DNA of 64,000 nucleotides from Armatimonadota bacterium. Lineage in GTDB: Bacteria; Armatimonadota; UBA5829; DTLH01. Positions within the stretch are counted from its first letter, which is position 1, and each line of letters begins with the position of its first letter. The notes under the pieces were generated by a model. The model was not told where the DNA came from and did no database searches. It saw nothing but the letters and a program-made list of their open reading frames with translations. Of the stretch, positions 51,420 through 60,268 are shown piece after piece. Location of the stretch: the NCBI GenBank assembly GCA_039679675.1, contig JBDKUN010000050.1, forward strand, positions 32,001 to 96,000, in the 5' to 3' direction. The position numbers and the translations under genes are program-made.

Positions 51420-51731
51420 CTACTTCCTCTTCCACTGCTGATAAATGAACTCCACGAGCAGGTTGGCGATGCTGGTCGGAATAGCAAATCCCAGTTCCTT
51501 CTCTGAAAGTTTAATCAGATAGTCCACAGCCTCTTTTCGCCGTTCTTCGGACGACAACTCCGAGAGTTTGGCAGCATATTCTATGGCTTTTACGATGTTC
51601 GCGCTGCCGATCCTGGAAAGCCACTTTCTGGCCCACTTCGGCAGCCTGTTTTTGCTGCTTACATAGCTTGTAACGAGGCCGATGACACCTATTGCGACCG
51701 CTGTCCAATCTCTGAATGATACATTATTCAT
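51420..51731 (-). CDS. Holin-like membrane protein
   Basis: One N-terminal TM helix plus a charged helical tail (LL-H-like layout); directly upstream of the M23 gene. Confidence 0.55.
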   Translation of the reverse strand: MNNVSFRDWTAVAIGVIGLVTSYVSSKNRLPKWARKWLSRIGSANIVKAIEYAAKLSELSSEERRKEAVDYLIKLSEKELGFAIPTSIANLLVEFIYQQWKRK

Positions 51732-51736
51732 AACTT

Positions 51737-51982
51737 TCACCTCCCCAGAATGTGGGCCACGAAGGCCCCTATAATAGCGACAAAAAACACCCCCGCAAAC
51801 CACTGCATAGTCCGCATATTCCGCTCCTGCACGGTTATCCGTTCGGCGTGCTCTACTATCTTCGCCGGAATATACTCCCGCATGGACGCGACTTCTTCGA
51901 TCAAAGTCTCGATTTTGCTCTCAATAACGGCAAGGCGGGCGAGGATAGTTTCCTCACCCGCCTCGTTGGCAGTCACTCTCAT
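51737..51982 (-). CDS. XhlA/holin-like coiled-coil protein with C-terminal TM helix
   Basis: RLAVIESKIE...HAERIT..E followed by a TM helix. Confidence 0.55.
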   Translation of the reverse strand: MRVTANEAGEETILARLAVIESKIETLIEEVASMREYIPAKIVEHAERITVQERNMRTMQWFAGVFFVAIIGAFVAHILGR

Positions 51983-52001
51983 CGCCCAACCTCCTTATTT
52001 C

Positions 52002-52304
52002 TTATGAAAACGCCGCAATCTTGACCACAGCCGTCCCTCCAAGCCGCTGAACTACTATCTTTCGTACTGTGTAAGTCCGGTCATCCCTTGTCACGGTGTC
52101 TGAAACCGCTATCGGTGAGTCGGCTGCCGTAATGAGGATCAGCGCCGGGCGCTCTACGGCAGAGGTCTCATACGAATCGAAATACATCCCCATCGTGCCC
52201 GAACTAATCACCTGAAAGAACCCCCTGCCCCTGGTAACGCCGTTTATCAGAAAGTCTTCCCCGAACTTCTCGATCTTTTTGTTGACCCTCGACAGCACGC
52301 TCAT
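52002..52304 (-). CDS. Putative head-closure / head-tail joining protein
   Basis: 100 aa beta-rich; SDTVTRDDRTYTV resembles gpFII/gp16-type stoppers; gene position. Confidence 0.55.
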   Translation of the reverse strand: MSVLSRVNKKIEKFGEDFLINGVTRGRGFFQVISSGTMGMYFDSYETSAVERPALILITAADSPIAVSDTVTRDDRTYTVRKIVVQRLGGTAVVKIAAFS

Positions 52305-52741
52305 AGGACCTGCTCCGTCTCATCAGCCGCAAAAACCGGCTCGGTGTCTTTTGTGGTGCTCGATATGTTCGTTTCGGTCATCATCGGCTGCATGCTCTTC
52401 AGAAACGACGCCAGCCGTGCTGCACCCTGCTGGATGAGCACTGGGCCATGCTCTTTGATCTGGCCGATTGTGACGCCGCCGATTGAAAACTCTTCGGTAC
52501 TCCCCATTTCGCGGGCAAGCTGCTGCAGGAATTCGCCTGATATGACCTCCAAAATGCCAAGTTTGAGCGCAGCCTGAAGTCTGGTATCGGCAGTATTTGC
52601 CAGGTAGCTGTCTGCGATGGTAAACTCCACTGCAGGCTGCATCTCAGCGATCAAAGCGTCTATAGAGGTATCGTAAGTAGTATCCGATGCAGGCAGCATG
52701 CATTTCCGCTTGACATCGGCATTTGTAATGGAAATAGCCAT
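52301..52741 (-). CDS. Putative head-tail connector (adaptor)
   Basis: Helical; ITNADVK...DTSIDALI..; directly after the capsid gene. Confidence 0.6.
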   Translation of the reverse strand: MAISITNADVKRKCMLPASDTTYDTSIDALIAEMQPAVEFTIADSYLANTADTRLQAALKLGILEVISGEFLQQLAREMGSTEEFSIGGVTIGQIKEHGPVLIQQGAARLASFLKSMQPMMTETNISSTTKDTEPVFAADETEQVL

Positions 52742-52824
52742 TTTGACCTCCGGTTCGAGAATTGAGAGATCCTATGCTTCGGGATCGCTTTTCATCCCGA
52801 AGCACGAATCTCCATCGCTTGTCC

Positions 52825-53739
52825 CTACGCTACCAGACTGCCATATGCTGTCTGCCAGAGGCCGAAGCCCGCGTTGTACCTCGCGCGGACACCGTAGATA
52901 TACTGGTCGCGCATAAAGCCGTTCTCACTCGTACCTTCAAGCGCAGAAAACTCCACCGGTACACGGGACTGGAAGATAATCGGCTTCACTATCCAGTTCG
53001 TGGCAAGCAGATACCAGTTGTTGGTGTCCGTAAGATACGGCGAAACGATCAGCTCCAGCCGGTTCTTGAGCGGATTCCCTGCAAGCTTCTGCGAACCGTC
53101 CGACGGGTCCAGTATCTCCGGGTAATAAGTCGAGTTCAAAAGCTCCAGCGCAGTCCACTGCAGGTCCGGCGGGACTACGAGCACGTCAGGAGATATACCG
53201 AGCGGCTTGCCCCTGTCGTCCTTGAACTTCGCCATCGCTGTGATCGCATTCTGCAGCGCAGTCGCCGAAAGCGCATCCGTACATTTGTTCGACTGTGTGC
53301 CGGATACTCCCTCGGAGTGGTCCGTATCGAAGAAATACTGCCCGTCATGGCAGACGGTGCTGAACCCGGACGCGAGAAGCGAGAAGACTATCTCGTCTAT
53401 ATGCCTCTTCGTCTCGCGCGCGAGCCCCTGGACTCTCAACTTGATCTGGCCGTAGAGGTCATCCTCAATCGCAGCACGGTCGACAGCGATAGAAGCCTCC
53501 CAGGTCTTGTTTTTGATCTTGTACTCGTGCTCAAGCAGTCCTGCGGGAAGTCGTTCATCTGCGAACTCACGCATCTTCGGCACGGAACCGAGCCATGCGT
53601 AAGTTTCGGTGTCCTGCTCGCTCGGAATGACAGTTATGATCTTCCTGGAATCGTTCGATGCGGCGTCATAAGCCTCGAAAAATACCGTTTTCAGCCCTGC
53701 TTCCAGCAGCCTGGGCATATCTGATTTTACAAGAGTCAT
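52825..53739 (-). CDS. Mu-like major capsid protein (gpT family)
   Basis: ETYAWLGSVPKMRE, KNKTWEASIAVDRAAIEDD, CHDGQYFFDTDH, LVVPP and YGVRARYNAGFGLWQ. Confidence 0.93.
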   Translation of the reverse strand: MTLVKSDMPRLLEAGLKTVFFEAYDAASNDSRKIITVIPSEQDTETYAWLGSVPKMREFADERLPAGLLEHEYKIKNKTWEASIAVDRAAIEDDLYGQIKLRVQGLARETKRHIDEIVFSLLASGFSTVCHDGQYFFDTDHSEGVSGTQSNKCTDALSATALQNAITAMAKFKDDRGKPLGISPDVLVVPPDLQWTALELLNSTYYPEILDPSDGSQKLAGNPLKNRLELIVSPYLTDTNNWYLLATNWIVKPIIFQSRVPVEFSALEGTSENGFMRDQYIYGVRARYNAGFGLWQTAYGSLVA

Positions 53740-53770
53740 TTATTAGCCTCCTTCATTAATGTGATATGTG

Positions 53771-54013
53771 CTACAGGATTCCAGCAGCGTGCCACTGGTC
53801 AAAAAACCGGGAATAACCCTTGCCCTGGTCAGCGGCGACTAGCATGTCATACTCGCTTCCCGGTGTAGCGGAATCTACAGCCGCAGCGAAGAAGCCTGAA
53901 AAGGTCTCTACGTCCACAGTCTGCCTTATAGTGCCGTCTTCGTACCTTTCAAGCACGATCATCCCGTCTTCGACCAGTCCCGCAGTTGTGAGCAGATTTA
54001 TAAGATTGTCCAT
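53771..54013 (-). CDS. Hypothetical protein in head cluster
   Basis: 80 aa with AGGAGG RBS. Confidence 0.65.
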   Translation of the reverse strand: MDNLINLLTTAGLVEDGMIVLERYEDGTIRQTVDVETFSGFFAAAVDSATPGSEYDMLVAADQGKGYSRFFDQWHAAGIL

Positions 54014-54021
54014 ATTACCTC

Positions 54022-54480
54022 CTAAAGCCCGAGAAGCTGCACACGGAGTTGGGCATATGATGCTTGCACTGCGCTGTCGTTCTTTACGCCGAACTTTGCA
54101 GAATACCCCAGGAACCCACCATACGTGAGACCTATTCCTGTTCTATGCAATCGGAATGTACTGCCCGATGCAGCAACAGAAGCGACAATAGCATCGTAGT
54201 TCGCATCACCGCTGGCTGTGCCGCTGCTGTCTTTTGATACTAAAACGCCTCTATACTGCTGGTCACTCTTGATAAAGAGTACAATATTGCGGACCCACTG
54301 GACATTTTCGTAGTAGCTGCTCCAGACACATGCTCCGGCAGCCACATTTGTAGCATCTATAACCAGCCCCAGGTCCTGGTAGCGGCTGCCTGACGGGTCG
54401 GCACGAAGCGCACCATCACTGGTTGCCACCACCTCTTGAGAGCGTTTGGTAGTTTCATTTGACGCAGTAAGCAATATCAA
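54022..54480 (-). CDS. Hypothetical beta-rich protein in head cluster
   Basis: 152 aa; AAGGAGG RBS with TTG start. Confidence 0.7.
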   Translation of the reverse strand: MILLTASNETTKRSQEVVATSDGALRADPSGSRYQDLGLVIDATNVAAGACVWSSYYENVQWVRNIVLFIKSDQQYRGVLVSKDSSGTASGDANYDAIVASVAASGSTFRLHRTGIGLTYGGFLGYSAKFGVKNDSAVQASYAQLRVQLLGL

Positions 54481-54489
54481 ACACCTCCT

Positions 54490-54906
54490 TTAGCTTGCGT
54501 AACGGTTTATCCTTATGCGCACACTTGCGGCATCAACCGACTCGACGCACATCCCGGCTTTGATATTGTTCGTAGTGGCGGCGTCGGTCACGGTCTGGTT
54601 ATCGACGATCTTGAACTCGACTCCGAGGTCAGTCTGTGCGCCGTTCGAGTCTCCGTCGGCAAAGACGAATGTGCCGGTAGTCTCGACTCTGATCACATTG
54701 TCGCCGGCGGCTCCGGCGGAATTGTCGACCGTCTCATAGGCGACTCCGGCGAAGGTTTCTCCGGCTGTGTCTGATGCATTCGTTGCGAACCCGGCAGCGT
54801 TTATGTTGACAAGCGCGCCTTTCGGGATTTTGACGGCAGCCATCTTATAGGCGATAAGCTCCCCGTCCTTTCGTTTGGATTCTCTTGCAGTAGTAGTTGC
54901 AGTCAT
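54490..54906 (-). CDS. Capsid decoration/cement protein (DUF2190-like)
   Basis: KIPKGALV, FAGVAYETVDNSAGAAGD and DNQTV; usual position between protease and capsid genes. Confidence 0.75.
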   Translation of the reverse strand: MTATTTARESKRKDGELIAYKMAAVKIPKGALVNINAAGFATNASDTAGETFAGVAYETVDNSAGAAGDNVIRVETTGTFVFADGDSNGAQTDLGVEFKIVDNQTVTDAATTNNIKAGMCVESVDAASVRIRINRYAS

Positions 54907-54958
54907 GGTATGCTCCTTTCGTAGTTATTCTTTACTTTGTGGCCTGAGGTGAGCCGGT

Positions 54959-55381
54959 ATGGAAACAGGTAGCAATACTAAAAATAGTGGATGGTTGGCT
55001 ATCGTGTATCTGCTGGGCTTTGTTCTGGCAATAGCCATTCCAGCAGCAATTCTCGTATGGATCCTTCCAGCTTATGAAAATACAATAGTTATTACCGCCA
55101 TATTCCTTATACTTGCAATACCTTCACTTTACATTGGCTTATCCTGGCATAATCCCAGGTGGACTCCTGAAACTCGATCTTGCACAAAATTCATTCTCAT
55201 CATTTTTTCTCTCGGCGATACCCCTTTTGATCTATACAAAGTTATATCTAGCGGTTTCAACTGGCGTTTGTTTGATTGGCACCACTTAGTTGCATCGGTA
55301 TGCTTCTTTTCGTCAATGTATGTCCCATTCCTGATAGGCCGAGTAATCTCCCGCCGGAAAACAAGCTCGGAAGCACCATGA
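54959..55381 (+). CDS. Hypothetical membrane protein, AT-rich, antisense to head cluster
   Basis: 140 aa with about 4 TM helices. Confidence 0.65.
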   Translation: METGSNTKNSGWLAIVYLLGFVLAIAIPAAILVWILPAYENTIVITAIFLILAIPSLYIGLSWHNPRWTPETRSCTKFILIIFSLGDTPFDLYKVISSGFNWRLFDWHHLVASVCFFSSMYVPFLIGRVISRRKTSSEAP

Positions 55382-55554
55382 GCCACTGAGGCTCTGAAGG
55401 TGGAAACCTATAGAGCTTCCGCAGATCCCCTTTCGCGTTCTTCGTGCTCCTCCGCGCAATTCGCGATTCAAAACCATCATCCAAACCCCTCCAGTATTTC
55501 ACACAGCCTGCCATAATCAAATATGGTTCAGATTTGAGGCCTGGAGGTGGGTAT

Positions 55555-56601
55555 TTGAAACGGTACATCACAAAAAGTACGGATGATATAGTCCTCGACG
55601 ATCTTACGGAGTTGGTTTCGGAAACGACGCTCCAGCAGGTGCAGGACACTTTCACAGAGGCGCTCGGCATCCCAATACTTTTTGTCTCCTCAAACGGCAG
55701 GCTTGTGACCATGTCCGAAAAATTGGAGACATTCTGCTGGCAGTTCACCAGACAGGGAAAAGCCAAGAAACCATGCAGAAACTGCGGCAGGCACGAAGCA
55801 GCGGGCAGCGCCCATTCCGAGTTTGATTGCTCAATGGACCTCACAGACATCGCACTGCCGATAAAAGCAGGAGATGAGACTGTAGGGTATGTCGTTACAT
55901 CGCTTGTCACAACCGAACCGGGCGCTCCAAGCGCGCTTGCTGCCGCTCTTGATTCGGGAATACCTGCTCCCAAGGCGGTAAAATACGCATCAAGTATTCC
56001 TGTCGGCGCGCCGGACTGGAAAAACAAGGTCTGGCCTGGGCTCACCGCACTTCAGTCGATGGTTTCCGAGCTTGCCACCGCATCGCGCGGAAATATGCTG
56101 CATACTATTGTCGATCCGCTGACAGGGCTTGCCAATAGAGCATATTTCTGGGAATGCATTTCACGCGAGCTTGAGACCGCCAAAACGCATAACTACCCAA
56201 TATCGCTGCTCTTGGTCGATCTGGACGGATTCAAAGAGATCAACAGCGTCCACGGGCACGTGACCGGAGACAGAGTGCTTCAGTCAGTCGGAAAAATCAT
56301 CCTGAAAGAGATCAGAAGCTCTGACCTCGTCGCAAGATACGCAGGTGATTCGTTCCTGGTAATGCTGAGATGCGCCGATCAGGCCGGAGCCGAGATAGTT
56401 GCATGGCGGCTGGATAAAAGGATAGCTGCATGCGATATCGTATCCCGTGGTCAGAAAATCCCGGTTTCCGCACATACTGGGCTTGCTACGTTCCCGACCT
56501 GTGCTGCAAATGATCCTGATACGCTGTTCAAAACAGCCTTTGCCGATCTGTGCAGATCCCGCGAATCATCAGAGATGCTGGATCAGCCCAAAGCAGCATA
56601 G
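55555..56601 (+). CDS. PocR sensor - GGDEF domain protein with degenerate active site
   Basis: LQQVQDTF...FC...C...C PocR pattern; DPLTGLAN, DLDGFKEIN and RSSD..ARYAGDSF. GGAGG precedes TTG 55555. Confidence 0.88.
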   Translation: MKRYITKSTDDIVLDDLTELVSETTLQQVQDTFTEALGIPILFVSSNGRLVTMSEKLETFCWQFTRQGKAKKPCRNCGRHEAAGSAHSEFDCSMDLTDIALPIKAGDETVGYVVTSLVTTEPGAPSALAAALDSGIPAPKAVKYASSIPVGAPDWKNKVWPGLTALQSMVSELATASRGNMLHTIVDPLTGLANRAYFWECISRELETAKTHNYPISLLLVDLDGFKEINSVHGHVTGDRVLQSVGKIILKEIRSSDLVARYAGDSFLVMLRCADQAGAEIVAWRLDKRIAACDIVSRGQKIPVSAHTGLATFPTCAANDPDTLFKTAFADLCRSRESSEMLDQPKAA

Positions 56602-56633
56602 TTCAATATAAAGTTTTTGTTACACTGCCTCTC

Positions 56634-56667
56634 TGGGAGTGGATTAGCTACCCACTCCCCATTTTTT
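56634..56667 (+). terminator. Intrinsic terminator of the PocR-GGDEF gene
   Basis: gggagtgg-attagctac-ccactccc followed by a T run on the + strand. Confidence 0.7.
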
Positions 56668-57458
56668 CATCTACCCCGATATTTAGCCACCGATTCCGGC
56701 TCAAGTCCCAGCTTGGAATAGACCTCCCGCTCAGCCTCGCTCATCTCTACGGGCTCTTTCGCTCCGTCGGCAAGCTCCGAAAACTCGATCACTTTCGGTT
56801 GAGCTTCTAGAAACTTGAGAAACGTCTCCGCGACCGGCTTTTCTGCCACATCGGCAAATGTCACAACCTGCGAATCGCCAGCTGAAAGGATAGCCCGCGC
56901 GAGTCCTTCCGATGCGGGTGCAAGCTTTCCTGCCCGTTTCAGCGTGTCTATCTGTGAATCTACGTCACGTGCTTTTAGTTCACGCTCCAGGTCCGATATT
57001 CTCTTCGAAAACTCTGCTGATTTTGTCTCTGACATCTCTTCTCCTCCGTTTATTTCAGATTGGAACTCGACTGCATCACCGCCGAACACTGCAGCTCCGG
57101 CAATTCTCGGATGCTTGACGATGCTCACCTCCGTAATACCAGATTTATCGCGTTTTACAGCCACCGAGAGCTTTTTCGCATCTGACGACTGCACCAGCGC
57201 CCATGCTTCCGGGGTGAAGACGAGCCTGCCGAAAAGGTCCTTCCCCGCCCGCCAGAGTTTCGTCACCATTCCAAACTCAAGAGGGCTGTCTATATGCTCG
57301 ATTTTGATCGGAACAGGCTGGTGAGCCTCAATCATCCTGTCCAGGTCATCCTGCGTGATCTCGATTCCACGGTCGGGATATTCCCCGGCGGTAAAGAGTT
57401 TCGCATCACGTTCGACAAGCTCTTTGGGGTCAACGTTGTTTCTTTTGTGTATATTCAT
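56667..57458 (-). CDS. Mu gpI-like prohead protease with C-terminal scaffold
   Basis: F.AGEY, PIKIEH (His), KKLSV (Ser) and SIVKHPRI; coiled-coil C-terminal half. Confidence 0.75.
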   Translation of the reverse strand: MNIHKRNNVDPKELVERDAKLFTAGEYPDRGIEITQDDLDRMIEAHQPVPIKIEHIDSPLEFGMVTKLWRAGKDLFGRLVFTPEAWALVQSSDAKKLSVAVKRDKSGITEVSIVKHPRIAGAAVFGGDAVEFQSEINGGEEMSETKSAEFSKRISDLERELKARDVDSQIDTLKRAGKLAPASEGLARAILSAGDSQVVTFADVAEKPVAETFLKFLEAQPKVIEFSELADGAKEPVEMSEAEREVYSKLGLEPESVAKYRGR

Positions 57459-57486
57459 CGGGTATTCCTCTCGTTGAAAAGGGGGA

Positions 57487-57646
57487 GAAGCACGATTCCC
57501 CACTGATTTGATAAACTTTCCTGGATGCTGAATCAAGTTCAGCATGACGTATGCTTCGGGACTGCAGTTCGTCCCGAAGCACGAGTCTCCACCAATCCCA
57601 TTTTCGCGTCTTTCGTGCTTCTTCGCGCATTTCGCGATTCAAAACC
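57487..57646. repeat. Mosaic of host repeat families C (partial), D, C and B between portal and protease genes
   Basis: Matches to 21063-21095, 14471-14515/39094-39161 and 9711-9756. Confidence 0.8.
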
Positions 57647-58827
57647 TATCCCGCCGGTATCTCCAGATAGTCTCTGATCCACGCTTCATCCGGTGCGACC
57701 ACGCCGCCAGACACAAGTTTTGTCACGACACTTGCCAGCAGATCAAGATCGCGCTCACGGAGCGTCCCAAGCGAGAATTCCGGGTAAAAGTCCGTCCTGA
57801 AGTTATAATCCACCAGCCTGCGGATGAGCTGTTCGGTCATTACGGACTCTTCCAAGTCCCTTTTTACTTTCTCCAGCACCATTCTAAGCACGTCCAGATG
57901 CACCTTGGCAAGCGCAAACGAACCGAAACGCATCCCCTCATCCGTCGTCAGCGTCTGGCCAAGGATCGCTTTGGCAATCTGCCTGTCGTGGTACTCTATC
58001 GCCTGTAGATAGCCGGACTCGCCGCTCCGCTGCGCCTCTAAAAGCTCGACTTTTATGTCTTCAGGAAGCACAATCGCCGTCTCCTGTTGGATCCGGTCGA
58101 GGACTTTCAGCAAATCGTCCTGCTGGCTCTTCGGAGTGCCTCTGGTATAAGCCCCCAACACTGTCGGCGAGCCGAACTTCTCTAAAAAGATATTGTAGAA
58201 CCTGAGGATTACATCTTTACTCCACCAGTGCCGGTATGCCGTCCTGAGATCAGATGTCCCGTAGGGCGATTCGTAGCGCGACATATAGGTGTAGACAAGA
58301 AACTTCTCCGGTGGCAGCTCCACATCTATCGAACTGTTCTGCCTGAGTGAGATCAGGTTCAAAAACTCGTCCGACTCGAAGCTGATTCCTGCCGGGTCTT
58401 TCGACTTGATGGAATCCAGCCCGATCATACCCTTGTAAGGGCCTTTTTCGATGAGCTTGTAGTTGATCTCTGCGATGGAAAACCCCTTGGCAACGGCATC
58501 GAGTACGTTGTAAAGCACATCTATGATCGACCCGCGCATGTCGGACAGGCAAAACCGCACGAAATCTGCGATCTTTATATCTTTCGGCCTGTCGGAAGCA
58601 GGCCTCACCTGCCAGCCGCGTGACAGAATAGAGAGTTTCTTGATATTGAGGCATGCCCTGACCTGGCTGTCGGCCTGCATCCGGTCGTAGATCTCATAGC
58701 CGCGGCTCGTGACCAGATCGTCCGGGTTCAACACTCCTATCCGCCCAAGCGCCCCTGCCAGCCGGTCTACAACAAGCATTTCCTTCATTTTTGGTTTCTT
58801 AAGTATTGATCGAAGTTTAGTAAGCAT
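57646..58827 (-). CDS. Phage portal protein (DUF935, Mu gp29-like)
   Basis: DAVAKGFS..E, PYG...LR, FLEKFGSP, IAKAILGQTLT and AKVH. Confidence 0.92.
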   Translation of the reverse strand: MLTKLRSILKKPKMKEMLVVDRLAGALGRIGVLNPDDLVTSRGYEIYDRMQADSQVRACLNIKKLSILSRGWQVRPASDRPKDIKIADFVRFCLSDMRGSIIDVLYNVLDAVAKGFSIAEINYKLIEKGPYKGMIGLDSIKSKDPAGISFESDEFLNLISLRQNSSIDVELPPEKFLVYTYMSRYESPYGTSDLRTAYRHWWSKDVILRFYNIFLEKFGSPTVLGAYTRGTPKSQQDDLLKVLDRIQQETAIVLPEDIKVELLEAQRSGESGYLQAIEYHDRQIAKAILGQTLTTDEGMRFGSFALAKVHLDVLRMVLEKVKRDLEESVMTEQLIRRLVDYNFRTDFYPEFSLGTLRERDLDLLASVVTKLVSGGVVAPDEAWIRDYLEIPAG

Positions 58828-60268
58828 CGTTTCTCCTTTCGCCGCTCGCCAGGAACCTCGCCGGCCCTGAATGCGACCTGCCCCTCCAAGCTGCGAGCGC
58901 GAGCGCCGCCACTATGTCATCCGTGTAGCCGGACCTGGCGTTCATCCGCACGTTTCCGGCTGTCGTCAGTTCATATTCGAAGTACTGCAGCTCGCGGATA
59001 AGCTGTTCATCGTCCGGTATGGCAAGCTCATGGTTCGTAAGCCGTATGACCAGATTATCTATGATCTCCCGCTTGCCGGAATTGGTAAACGTGAAGCCGT
59101 CTACAGCCATCCCTGCGCCGTTTTCCCAGAGACGCTTTCTAAGCTGCTCTAAAAGTGGGTCGCCGACGGAAGTCTGGTCCGTGAGTACTGCATTTACCCT
59201 GTTCCGCTCCAGAAATGCCGCCGCCCGCTCGATTTGGGACTCCCAACTGAGCCTGTTGAAGCGGTCTATGGAGATAATTTTTGAAGGCGACGATCCGACA
59301 TCGACCGCCACGACTGCGGTATAGTCCGAATACCTGGCCCAATCGACCCCGGCGACAATCCATGGCTCTTCCGAATCAATTTCGGCCTTTCCGAGGTTTA
59401 CGGCAGACTGTATAGTCTCCCACGGAAAAACAGAGGTCTGATCGTCCAGAAATTCCGCTTCATACTCGACTGCAAACTGCCTTGGGGTGACGACGCTTCT
59501 CTGAAACTCGATGTATTCGCGGCTGATGTGAGGGTTTTCCCAGGATGGAAACCTGTACGAAGAATACCGGCCGGAGCAGGGGGACGAAACTCCGTCCATC
59601 CCCTGCTCTTCACGGCCTTTCGCTTCGCTGCCTGTTCCATCAGGTGCTGATCCGCTACATTCGGATGCAACCATTTGCATGTTATCCAAATGCAGATTAT
59701 TAGAACCCTTGCCTGCTGCAACCCCGTTCACAAACGCCCTGTAAAAGTGGTTCTTTCCGAAGGGAGTCGAGATCATCACAAGCTGCCCGTCTCTGTCTGC
59801 AAGCATCGGACCAATCACTTCTTCGACCACAGCATCCTTCACATAAGCCGCCTCGTCGACTATCACCCTGTCAGCGGAATGTCCGCGCAAGTTTCGCCCA
59901 TCCTCATCCGCTGTCCGAGCCATGATCAAGCTTTTTCCGATCCTGAGCTTCGGGTAAGGTGTTTTGGTGGCTTTCGACTCCCGCCGGATGAGCGACTGGT
60001 CAAATATCATCCTCTCAACAGTGTCATAGATTAATCTACTTTGATCATATGTAGGACTGACGATCATCTGAACTGAACCCGGAGCGGCTACGGCGAAGGT
60101 TGCCGCATCTACGGCAGCGGCTTCTGTCTTTCCCCATCTGCGGCCACAGGCCGCGACCTTTACCCGGCTTTCGTCCATCAGCCATATCCGCTGAGTTGGA
60201 TGAGGCTGCCATCCGAAAAGCCTTCTTGCGAGAGCGATCCTCTGTTTCGCGTCAATCTCCGCTCTCAT
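58817..60268 (-). CDS. Terminase large subunit
   Basis: Walker A GRRWGKT, NLRG, Walker B VIVDEAA, ISTP; nuclease motifs GVDWAR..D, DQT and DDIVAALAL. Confidence 0.93.
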   Translation of the reverse strand: MRAEIDAKQRIALARRLFGWQPHPTQRIWLMDESRVKVAACGRRWGKTEAAAVDAATFAVAAPGSVQMIVSPTYDQSRLIYDTVERMIFDQSLIRRESKATKTPYPKLRIGKSLIMARTADEDGRNLRGHSADRVIVDEAAYVKDAVVEEVIGPMLADRDGQLVMISTPFGKNHFYRAFVNGVAAGKGSNNLHLDNMQMVASECSGSAPDGTGSEAKGREEQGMDGVSSPCSGRYSSYRFPSWENPHISREYIEFQRSVVTPRQFAVEYEAEFLDDQTSVFPWETIQSAVNLGKAEIDSEEPWIVAGVDWARYSDYTAVVAVDVGSSPSKIISIDRFNRLSWESQIERAAAFLERNRVNAVLTDQTSVGDPLLEQLRKRLWENGAGMAVDGFTFTNSGKREIIDNLVIRLTNHELAIPDDEQLIRELQYFEYELTTAGNVRMNARSGYTDDIVAALALAAWRGRSHSGPARFLASGERRNDAY

